DNA from: a virus
Lineage: Duplodnaviria > Caudoviricetes
IMG/VR virus record: IMGVR_UViG_2912838376_000002
Span: 180,830-244,829 of that record
Strand: one strand, 5' to 3'
Length of the DNA stretch: 64,000 nt
The position numbers and the translations under genes were made by a program. Shown here in pieces: positions 8,405-16,650 of the stretch. The notes under the pieces are model-generated. The model was not told where the DNA came from. It saw only the letters and a program-made list of their open reading frames with translations, and did not search any database. Every line of letters begins with the position of its first letter. Within the stretch, counting starts at the first letter, position 1.

Positions 8405-8662
8405 ATGGAAGGACTTATGTATGAACGATTTGAACAAGACCTACTTGATCATTGGGTGAAAAGTCAGGAGTCAGCAAGGGTGGGACTAAAGACCACTGTT
8501 GTATGTCTTCAAATGAACAATGGGTTTGAAGTAGTTGGACAATCAGCATGTGTGAATCCAGATGAGTACGACTATGAACTTGGTGTCTATTACGCTACTA
8601 AAGACGCGCTTAAAAGAATCGCTGACATTGTAGCTTACCTTGAACATGAAGGTACATTTTAG
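8405..8662 (+). CDS. phage N4 gp49/Sf6 gp66-family protein (probable Acb4-like cyclic-nucleotide sponge)
   Basis: TTVVCLQMNNGFEVVGQSACVNPDEYDYELG is the gp49-family signature; AGGAGGG RBS before ATG 8405. Confidence 0.7.
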   Translation: MEGLMYERFEQDLLDHWVKSQESARVGLKTTVVCLQMNNGFEVVGQSACVNPDEYDYELGVYYATKDALKRIADIVAYLEHEGTF

Positions 8663-8794
8663 GCATTAAGTCAGAAGAGAAGAGCGTGGAAAGTAATCAG
8701 TGCTCTTACATGTTTTAATCTTTTCAAAATGAACCGCACTTAAAAACCTCGATATAACATCCACTCAAATAAAACACATACAGGAGGAATCACA

Positions 8795-9067
8795 ATGGAT
8801 TTCGGACAAGCATTGATCTCATTAAAAGAAGGAAAGAAAGTAGCACGTAATGGTTGGAATGGTAAAGGAATGTGGATTGTACTAATGCCTTCATTATTCC
8901 TAGAAGCAGGTGTAGTAAATGGACGTACATCTAAACATTTAGGACAAGGTGTAGATTTAGATTCACAACCTTATATCGCAATGTTCACTGCTGAAAAGAA
9001 ATGGCAACCAGGTTGGTTAGCAAGTCAAGCAGACCTATTAGCAGAAGACTGGGAAGAAGTAGCTTAA
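8795..9067 (+). CDS. tad2: DUF2829 / Thoeris anti-defence 2 (Tad2)-family sponge protein
   Basis: MDFGQAL..LKEGKKVARNGWNGKGMW...PYIAM....WQPGWLASQADLLAEDW is the DUF2829 signature. Confidence 0.85.
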   Translation: MDFGQALISLKEGKKVARNGWNGKGMWIVLMPSLFLEAGVVNGRTSKHLGQGVDLDSQPYIAMFTAEKKWQPGWLASQADLLAEDWEEVA

Positions 9068-9107
9068 CAATAAAGAGAACCAGTCAGGAGAAAAGGAGGG
9101 CGGTAAA

Positions 9108-9812
9108 ATGTCTGTAGAAAAACGTATGGAAGAGTTACGTCAAATAGAAGTAGAAACACCTGAACAGTTAAAGGTAAGAGCTACAAATGAATTAGTGTTA
9201 CCTTCTACTTGGAAAGTGTCTAATGAGACAAGAGGAATGATCAATCAGTCTATGGAGATATACAATACAAAACATGGACTATATGCTTCTGTTCCTATGC
9301 TATGCCAAGGTGAGAGTTGCCCTTATGCAAGTGTTTGTCCGTTACTTGATGGAGGAATGGACCCAAGTGGTTCTCGTTGTCCTCTTGAGATTGGACTTAT
9401 TATGAAACGTGTAGATGAATACCAAAAGGAATTCCATGTTGCTGATGATGACGTAGTTGATATGAGTTTGATTAAGGACTTAGTAGATTACGATGTTCAG
9501 TTATTCAGAGCAGAGAACCGAATTGCCATGCAAGGTGACTTCATCGAAGACGTAGTTGTTAGTGTAACGGATAACGGTCAGGAGATAACAGCCCCTCAAA
9601 TATCTAAGGCAGCTGAGTATAAAGAGAAGATTATGACGAAGAAACATAAGGTTCTTCAATTGATGCACTCTACTCGTTCTGATAAAGCAGGAGATAAGTT
9701 AACTCTTACATTGGACCCAAGTTCTTATGCATCTCAGTTAATGTCTCAAATTGCATCCACTATGGAGCCTGGACAGATATTTGATGCAGAGTTCGACGAG
9801 GTTGGAGAATAG
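9108..9812 (+). CDS. putative terminase small subunit (Cys-cluster protein)
   Basis: CQGESCPYASVCP...RCPLE cluster, helical C-terminal half, position upstream of TerL; function inferred from position. Confidence 0.4.
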   Translation: MSVEKRMEELRQIEVETPEQLKVRATNELVLPSTWKVSNETRGMINQSMEIYNTKHGLYASVPMLCQGESCPYASVCPLLDGGMDPSGSRCPLEIGLIMKRVDEYQKEFHVADDDVVDMSLIKDLVDYDVQLFRAENRIAMQGDFIEDVVVSVTDNGQEITAPQISKAAEYKEKIMTKKHKVLQLMHSTRSDKAGDKLTLTLDPSSYASQLMSQIASTMEPGQIFDAEFDEVGE

Positions 9813-9972
9813 TTTTCAGCCTTGGCAAAAAAACTTTTAGAATTGTATTAATCGTGCTGGGGGCGATTTTTCCCCAGTGCGAGGAATCAATTGTCGAAGA
9901 CGTTTGATAACGCTCTGGATAGCGGCGCTTAGTCGAATCATTTTTATCATACACGGAAAGTAGGTGGTATCT

Positions 9973-10548
9973 ATGACTGCTAAAGAGCATGTAATTGACA
10001 CTTTTGCTACCTCTAAGTTTCTACAAAAGAATAGGTCAAAGATTGCAATGGGTGCTGTTGGTTTTGGAATAGCTAAATCTATTGTCGATGGAGAAGAAGA
10101 TGATTTGCTTACTTCTGCAGGTAAAGGAATCAAGACAGGGGCTGTAGTTGGTGGTCTAGCTTATGGTGCAGAACACTTAATGAAAACTCAAACTGTACAA
10201 GACCTAGTAAAAGGTGAGATTTCTGATGTAGGAAAAGAAGCTATTAAGAAAGTGAGCAAGGGAAGTAAGATGCTTTTTTCAGGTAATAAGCTTGGTACTG
10301 CTATGAAAATGGGTATGTACGCTGTTGGTGCTGCTACTGTTTTAGATGCAGGACAACGCATGGGTGAAAACCGTGAAGCAGAAAAGATTAAGAAAGAGCA
10401 AGAATATCGTCTTAAACAAAAAATGAAGAAACAGAAGGATAAGAATAAGAAGTATTCATATGGAAACATAAATCAAGGAGAAGTCGTATTTGACCTATTT
10501 GAAGCAAGAACAGGTCATCACAAAATGGGCAACGCTAAATTCAATTAA
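9973..10548 (+). CDS. basic Gly/Ala-rich protein with hydrophobic segments (possible internal virion protein)
   Basis: AGGTGG RBS; GAVVGGLAYGA-type glycine-zipper segments; Lys-rich C-terminus. Confidence 0.65.
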   Translation: MTAKEHVIDTFATSKFLQKNRSKIAMGAVGFGIAKSIVDGEEDDLLTSAGKGIKTGAVVGGLAYGAEHLMKTQTVQDLVKGEISDVGKEAIKKVSKGSKMLFSGNKLGTAMKMGMYAVGAATVLDAGQRMGENREAEKIKKEQEYRLKQKMKKQKDKNKKYSYGNINQGEVVFDLFEARTGHHKMGNAKFN

Positions 10549-10561
10549 GGCGGTGTAGTTT

Positions 10562-11398
10562 ATGGCAAGATGGCATAAAAGCGCAGAAAGAGTAATGAAT
10601 GCAGTTAGTAGGAAGATTAATAATAGTCCTGAACTGCTAGAGCGTATGACATCACCAGTTAAAGGTGTTACTAGAACAATAGAAGGTCCTATTGCGCGAA
10701 CTCCTAATTTTGTTCCTTCTAGCTCAACAAACTTGATGGACAACATGATCTCTAAGGCTACTGCGCCTAGAGATAAGATTCGTGCAACAAGGGCACAAGC
10801 AAGAGCAGGACAAGGTTCTAAAAATAAAGGAAGTCTTAGAGATGCAAGCCCAGAACAAATTAGAACTAGGAAAGAAGCAGCAAGAAGAAGTAAGTCAGCA
10901 AGAGAGACAAGAAAAAGAGTAGCAGGTTCACAAGAAGCTCTAAATGGTGCTACTCCAAATGATAAATTTCTTGGCCGTATAGGTGCTACTGCAAAAACCT
11001 TATTCGGTTCAGGTATGGAGAATCTCAGAGCAGAAGGTAATTTAAGAAAAGCAGGTATAGGTGCTTTCCAATCATCAGTTGCTTCAGCAGCTGTAAGTGG
11101 TGGTATTGGTTATTTACAAGGAGATGATCCTTGGGAAGCAGCTAAAACTGGTGCAATACGAGGTGCTTTTGCAGGTGCAGGATACCAAGGTCTAAAGGCT
11201 GCTACACACGCCAATAAAGGCTCTATAAAGGGAAATCTTAAACACATAGGTTCTACTACTAAACAAGTTTACCAAGCTTATACGCCAGCAGGAAACGCTG
11301 CTATGAGGCAGAATGGCGTGTCCAACCAATTAAAACGTGTACTAGAAGCAAATCAGATGACCCAAAGAACAAATAACATATTCGGATTTAATAAGTAG
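10562..11398 (+). CDS. basic Gly/Ala-rich hypothetical virion protein
   Basis: Long ORF with RBS; Arg/Lys-rich; AAVSGGIGYL and GAFAGAGYQG segments. Confidence 0.65.
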   Translation: MARWHKSAERVMNAVSRKINNSPELLERMTSPVKGVTRTIEGPIARTPNFVPSSSTNLMDNMISKATAPRDKIRATRAQARAGQGSKNKGSLRDASPEQIRTRKEAARRSKSARETRKRVAGSQEALNGATPNDKFLGRIGATAKTLFGSGMENLRAEGNLRKAGIGAFQSSVASAAVSGGIGYLQGDDPWEAAKTGAIRGAFAGAGYQGLKAATHANKGSIKGNLKHIGSTTKQVYQAYTPAGNAAMRQNGVSNQLKRVLEANQMTQRTNNIFGFNK

Positions 11399-11408
11399 GA
11401 GGTAGACA

Positions 11409-11855
11409 ATGGCTATTTTAAATTCAGTCAAAAACCTTGCTAAGATAGGCGTTCAGAATACAAAAATCGGCACAAAGATGGCTGCCAGTAGTGTTAAAAA
11501 CAGCCCGAAAACAATTGCCAGTGGAGTTAAGAACGCGCCGAAGAATATTGTTAAGAGCACCTTTGTGGATACAAAGGACAAAGAAAAGAAGTTAAGTAAT
11601 TTCTACACCGGTAAAAAATTAAATCCAAAACATGTTATGGCTGTCGGTGGAGGTTATCTTGCTATTAATCAAGCTAAGTTAGGTTTTGAGCACAAGACAG
11701 TAGAACCTCTTAGACTAGCAACTATGAATAACTATCAGGAGATTGGTGCGCCGGACATCATGATGTATGACGGCGTAGGACAAGAGCGTGCTCCTAAGAA
11801 CCTAAACGCAGATGGTAGCATTGTATTTGGTCTTCACAATAATAGAAGGGGGTAA
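11409..11855 (+). CDS. basic hypothetical virion protein
   Basis: AGGAGG RBS; short internal repeat (SSVKNSPKTI / SGVKNAPKNI). Confidence 0.65.
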   Translation: MAILNSVKNLAKIGVQNTKIGTKMAASSVKNSPKTIASGVKNAPKNIVKSTFVDTKDKEKKLSNFYTGKKLNPKHVMAVGGGYLAINQAKLGFEHKTVEPLRLATMNNYQEIGAPDIMMYDGVGQERAPKNLNADGSIVFGLHNNRRG

Positions 11856-11860
11856 TTTAG

Positions 11861-12307
11861 ATGTCACTAAAAGCAGTTTCTAGTGTATTAAAGTCAGTGG
11901 GATCTAGGGGTGGTAAGAAACTTGCTACAGCTGGTGGTCTTGCATTCGGAGCCGATACTGCAATGAACTTATATGGTGGCGATGACTTAGGTACATCTGT
12001 ATTAAAAGCTGGTGTTACGGGTGCTTTAGCTGCTTCAAACCCTCTATTATTCGGGGGAATAACTGTTGCAAGCATGGCACAAGAGGGCTATTGGGGCATA
12101 CAGCAATTTAATCACCAAAAGAAACAATGGTGGAATGCACAGTATGCAACAAATAACGTAGTTGGTGGTAACTATGTGGATACACAAAGAGCCCAAACTA
12201 TGAGACAGGCAGCTGTACAAGCCATTCAAGGAAGTAAGATGAACGCAAGGAGTGCGCTTGGCGGAGAAGCTAAGATATTAAACCCTTACGCATCTAGAAG
12301 ATATTAA
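11861..12307 (+). CDS. Gly/Ala-rich membrane-associated or virion protein
   Basis: AAGGGGG RBS; hydrophobic AGVTGALAASNPLLFGGITVASMA segment. Confidence 0.65.
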   Translation: MSLKAVSSVLKSVGSRGGKKLATAGGLAFGADTAMNLYGGDDLGTSVLKAGVTGALAASNPLLFGGITVASMAQEGYWGIQQFNHQKKQWWNAQYATNNVVGGNYVDTQRAQTMRQAAVQAIQGSKMNARSALGGEAKILNPYASRRY

Positions 12308-12322
12308 AAGGAGAATAGAAGT

Positions 12323-15217
12323 ATGAGCAAATTTACTAAGTATGACCAGGAGATGCTCGAAATTATTCGTGACCCTGTTAAGTGGACAGAGCATCACTTA
12401 GGGGAAAAACCACGTTGGTATCAAGAGCAAATCCTTCGACATCCGCATCATCGTAAAGTTTTACGTTGTGGTCGTCGTATCGGTAAATGTATAGAAGAAA
12501 ATCAACGAATCATCAACCCGAATACGGGAGAATACCAATCGGTAGGAGAGCTTTACAATGCTCAAGTTAATGGTAGCGCTACACCGCTGCTAACACTAAA
12601 TGAATCCTATCAGTTAGAAAATAGTGAAGCATTCTTTATTGAAGATAATGGTGTAAAAGATACATTCGCTGTTGTAACAAAGCATGGAGCACGAGTTGTT
12701 CTTACAGGAAACCATCCAGTATTAACAGTAGACGGATGGAAAGAAGTAGATGCACTTCGCATCGGTGAAAGTATTGCTACGCCTAAATTCTTACCTGTAT
12801 ACGGAACAAAACAAGTCGATAAAAACAAGCTCCGTATCCTTGCGTACATGCTCGCTGCGGGCCGTTTTAACAAGGATAGTATTAGCTTCCAGGCACGTTA
12901 TGAAGGCGTCAGAGAGACGTTACAGGAGTCCTGTGAGGCACTTGGTATTAGAACATATCGTGAGCGTCATAAGAAGGCGACAATCTACTTAATGAACTTT
13001 AGTAACTTCGAGTTTTACAGAGAAATAGAAGCGAAAAAGATTCCTTCATTTATCTACGAGTTAGATAGAGAACACTTAGCATTCTTCTTAGGAAGTCTGT
13101 ATTCTGCAGGTGGTTGGTTCTTTGCTGGCCGTATCTGTGAAATCGGATATGCTACGAAACATCGTCAATTCGCATTAGACTTAAAACACTTACTTCTACG
13201 TTTTGGTATCCAAGCGAATTTACTTCAAAAAGAAATGAACGATTCTGTTTATTACCACCTTATGATTTACCACCGTTCCTCAATTTTATTATTCCTCGAA
13301 CATTTAGCTACACCAGAGCGCAATTATGAAGAAATTCAACAACGCGCACTTGAAATGAACTCTTCTGAACCAACACTCCCTAAAGAAGTATGGAAATACA
13401 TTGAAGAAGAACGAATTGCTAAAGGAATCAAGAAAGCTGAAGTAGTAGGAAAGGGTAACCGCCGCTACCGTACAGAAAAAGGTATCTCTTTAAGTAACGC
13501 TCGTGTATATGCAGAGAACTTACAGTCTGCAATGTTACATGACTTAATTAACTCTCATGTATTATGGGAGGAAGTAGTGGAGATCATTCCTTTAGGTAAG
13601 AGACAAACTTATGATGTTTTCGTTCCAGAGACTCATAACTTAGTAGTTGAAGATATCCTTGTACATAACACATGGACAATGTGTGCTCATATGTTGTGGG
13701 TAGCATTCACATGTAACGGTGGAACAAGAATGGCAAAAGGAGCAGCTTGTGTTGTTGCGACCCCTTATGATAACCAAGCACGATTAATCTTCGACCAATT
13801 AAAAACCTTCATTGATAATAACCCCGTATTACAAGAATCAATTTCTTCTATTACTAAAAACCCATATGTAATTCAATTCAAAAACAAATCCGTTATTCGA
13901 CTATTTACAGCCGGTACTCGTTCTGGTTCAGAGGGTGGATCTCTTCGTGGACAACGTGCCGATTGGTTGTATATGGACGAGGTTGACTACATGGGCGATA
14001 AAGATTTCGAATCTATTTTTGCCATCGTCAACGAAGCTCCTGACCGTATTGGATGTATGATTGCATCAACTCCAACAGGTCGAAGAGGGATGTTCTACAA
14101 AACATGTACTCAAATGAAATTGAATCAGGAAGTGGAAATGGATGAAAACAACCGCTTCAATATGAAAACATACAACCGTAAGGAATCTGAAGGTTGGGCG
14201 GAGTTCTACTTCCCGACAATGGTTAACCCTGAGTGGGGACCTAAGATGGAACGTGAGTTACGAAAACTATTCTCAGAAGCTGCTTATGAGCATGAGGTAC
14301 TTGCAGAGTTTGGTACAGAGATGGTTGGGGTGTTCAACAAGGATTACGTTGACGAAGCTTCAAGCATTGGTTACAACTACACTACATCACCTACTCATAA
14401 TGGTCCTATTGCAATAGGTATTGACTGGGATAAAGCAGGAGCAGCTACTCAAATTGTTGTTACTCAATACAATCCATTTGAGGTTCGTCGTCCAAGACCA
14501 GAACTTGGAGAAACAGAGCCATCATTTGGACGATTCCAAGTTATTAACCGTATTGAAATCCCTAAAGGGGAATTTACATACGATATTGCAGTTAAGAAGA
14601 TTATTGAGCTAGATAGTGTTTATAATCCATTTGGTATCTATGCTGATGCCGGAGCTGGGGAATACCAAATCGAATTACTACGTAAAACACTAGGCGATAA
14701 AGTTAAACGTGTTCACTTAGGTAGTTCTCAAATGGTAAGAGACCCACACAGTAGAGAATTTGAGAAGAAACCATTAAAAGCATTTATCGTTGACCAAACG
14801 AAATTAATGTTAGAACGTGGACAACTTCGAATTCCTCATCGTGAAAAAGATGAAACATTAGCAAGACAAATGACAAACTATCAAGTAACTCGTTACAGTC
14901 CAAAAACTGGTGAACCTACTTTCACAGATGTAGATGAGCATGCTTTAGATGGATTGATGTTTGGATTACTAGGATTCATTAATGAAAAACCGGAATTAGC
15001 TGCAACTGTTATCAATAAGCCCAATGCTAAAACAATAGCGAAGGTGAAGAAAACATTTACTGATCCGTTTAAACAACAGGAACGTGCAACTAGTTCTAGT
15101 GATTCAGAGCTAAGACAGAAATCAAAAACAACAAAAGTAAGACAAAGAGCTACCCAAGGTTTTGGTTGGGGTAGACGTGGCACTAACATGAATATGCCTT
15201 CCCGCGGAGGGTGGTAA
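12323..15217 (+). CDS. terL: terminase large subunit, intein-containing
   Basis: YQEQIL Q-motif, Walker A GRRIGK[intein]T, Walker B LYMDEVD, IASTP coupling motif, nuclease IGIDWD and DEHALDG. Confidence 0.92.
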   Translation: MSKFTKYDQEMLEIIRDPVKWTEHHLGEKPRWYQEQILRHPHHRKVLRCGRRIGKCIEENQRIINPNTGEYQSVGELYNAQVNGSATPLLTLNESYQLENSEAFFIEDNGVKDTFAVVTKHGARVVLTGNHPVLTVDGWKEVDALRIGESIATPKFLPVYGTKQVDKNKLRILAYMLAAGRFNKDSISFQARYEGVRETLQESCEALGIRTYRERHKKATIYLMNFSNFEFYREIEAKKIPSFIYELDREHLAFFLGSLYSAGGWFFAGRICEIGYATKHRQFALDLKHLLLRFGIQANLLQKEMNDSVYYHLMIYHRSSILLFLEHLATPERNYEEIQQRALEMNSSEPTLPKEVWKYIEEERIAKGIKKAEVVGKGNRRYRTEKGISLSNARVYAENLQSAMLHDLINSHVLWEEVVEIIPLGKRQTYDVFVPETHNLVVEDILVHNTWTMCAHMLWVAFTCNGGTRMAKGAACVVATPYDNQARLIFDQLKTFIDNNPVLQESISSITKNPYVIQFKNKSVIRLFTAGTRSGSEGGSLRGQRADWLYMDEVDYMGDKDFESIFAIVNEAPDRIGCMIASTPTGRRGMFYKTCTQMKLNQEVEMDENNRFNMKTYNRKESEGWAEFYFPTMVNPEWGPKMERELRKLFSEAAYEHEVLAEFGTEMVGVFNKDYVDEASSIGYNYTTSPTHNGPIAIGIDWDKAGAATQIVVTQYNPFEVRRPRPELGETEPSFGRFQVINRIEIPKGEFTYDIAVKKIIELDSVYNPFGIYADAGAGEYQIELLRKTLGDKVKRVHLGSSQMVRDPHSREFEKKPLKAFIVDQTKLMLERGQLRIPHREKDETLARQMTNYQVTRYSPKTGEPTFTDVDEHALDGLMFGLLGFINEKPELAATVINKPNAKTIAKVKKTFTDPFKQQERATSSSDSELRQKSKTTKVRQRATQGFGWGRRGTNMNMPSRGGW
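12488..13669 (+). mobile_element. intein (394 aa) with a degenerate LAGLIDADG endonuclease domain
   Basis: Starts CIEENQ, block B LTGNHPV, ends TYDVFVPETHNLVVEDILVHN followed by Thr; removing it restores Walker A GRRIGKT. Confidence 0.9.
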
Positions 15218-15222
15218 TAAAG

Positions 15223-15259
15223 GGCGACAGGTATCCGCAATGGGCCTGTCGTCTTTTTT
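15223..15259 (+). terminator. intrinsic terminator after terL
   Basis: GGCGACAGG...CCTGTCGTC followed by T6. Confidence 0.8.
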
Positions 15260-15279
15260 AATAAAAGGAGGATAACAAC

Positions 15280-16635
15280 ATGGATGAAGTTTTAGGAAAG
15301 AAAGTTGAAATAGATACCGAATTAGAACGTTCCGTTATAGAGTACAGACCACGAGTAAAGTACGAACCGAATAAACCGTTCACTGTACATTTGCAAACAG
15401 AAGAAGTTATAGGAGAAGACCCGGAAGGACTTGAAGAAGATGGTTCTTTTGTTCCTGAAGAAAAACCTGCTAAACAGTACGATAAGTTTGTCGATACATT
15501 AGAGCAGATTAAAGAACTTATTGATTCTGTTGAGAAGAAGATAAAAGACATGCAGATTCCTATTTCGCAAGAGGACTTAGAAAAAATCTATCAATCACAA
15601 CCATCATTCGACCTAAGCATAGCTAACAATGGTTTTATTGATTTTGATACATACAAGAAGACATTTGAAGATCCAGAAGCTCCTGCAAACTCACTTATCC
15701 AAGACATTGTTCATTCATATGCAGAAGATGTAGAAGGTAATTTGGATCTTGAATTTTATGAAGACCTAAAGGAATTACAATCGACGGTAGAAGAAGGATA
15801 CTTCCTATTTAAAGAAACTGTTTTAAAGAATTACCTTGATGGTGACATTCCTGCTGAACCAGAACGAAATAAGGACTTCACTGAACAAATCGAAGAAGCG
15901 GTTAAGAAACAAAAAGAATGGTTTAGACAAGTAACAAAACTATATAAAAACAATGAAGGTACATACTATGAATCTCTTAGAACAGAATATGGTTCTCCTG
16001 AATTCTTCAAAGCAAGTGATGAGTATATAAAAGCAAAACGTCCTTATGATATCGCAATCCGTGAGGGGAAAACAGTTAATGAAATGATTTCTCTTGTAGA
16101 TGGTCTTCTTATAGGTTCGGAAGATTGTTCCGACTCTATTAAATCCGGATTAGTTTTAGGTAGCGAGATTGACCGCGAAGAGGTTATGAATTTATTAGAA
16201 AATCAAGCTTCTACTAAAGAACAACTTACCGATTTACTCAAATTAACGCAGTTATCCTTGAAGCTACAACTTAACCAACAAATTGAAGATAAAAAACAAT
16301 ATCGAGATGTGTTAAAAAATATCAACAATCTTTCTCGTAAAAAGCGCTCACATGACGAATTACTTATGGCGTTCGAACTTCGAAATAAGATGTATCTAAA
16401 TATGTATGATTCATTGCAACATTTAGAATCTCCAAGTAAGGCACCTGGGGTGGAATCATTCCTGAATCAGATGGCTGGAGGATTAAGTCTTGTACAAGGG
16501 CAGTATGATTCATTCCTGCAAGATGTGTATGCAATGTATATGTCCGAATACGAAGTAAGAAGAGAGAAAATCGATAAAACGTTAAACAAGGAAAATGCAA
16601 GAGCCGGTTATTCTTTGGTATTAGAGTATCTATAA
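15280..16635 (+). CDS. acidic coiled-coil hypothetical protein (head module)
   Basis: Long helical ORF with AGGAGG RBS between terL and portal. Confidence 0.7.
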   Translation: MDEVLGKKVEIDTELERSVIEYRPRVKYEPNKPFTVHLQTEEVIGEDPEGLEEDGSFVPEEKPAKQYDKFVDTLEQIKELIDSVEKKIKDMQIPISQEDLEKIYQSQPSFDLSIANNGFIDFDTYKKTFEDPEAPANSLIQDIVHSYAEDVEGNLDLEFYEDLKELQSTVEEGYFLFKETVLKNYLDGDIPAEPERNKDFTEQIEEAVKKQKEWFRQVTKLYKNNEGTYYESLRTEYGSPEFFKASDEYIKAKRPYDIAIREGKTVNEMISLVDGLLIGSEDCSDSIKSGLVLGSEIDREEVMNLLENQASTKEQLTDLLKLTQLSLKLQLNQQIEDKKQYRDVLKNINNLSRKKRSHDELLMAFELRNKMYLNMYDSLQHLESPSKAPGVESFLNQMAGGLSLVQGQYDSFLQDVYAMYMSEYEVRREKIDKTLNKENARAGYSLVLEYL

Positions 16636-16650
16636 GAGAGGTGTACTAAA

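Larger units (their letters stand above)
8224..8469 (+). repeat. periodic AGTCAGGA boxes
   Basis: Exact copies at 8224, 8302, 8382, 8462 (spacing 78/80/80) and 9082; variants at 8094, 8541, 8669. Confidence 0.75.

Noticed and set aside
8224-8469. CRISPR-like array from the periodic AGTCAGGA repeats
   Set aside because: The repeat is only 8 nt, extends into a coding gene, and no cas genes are present
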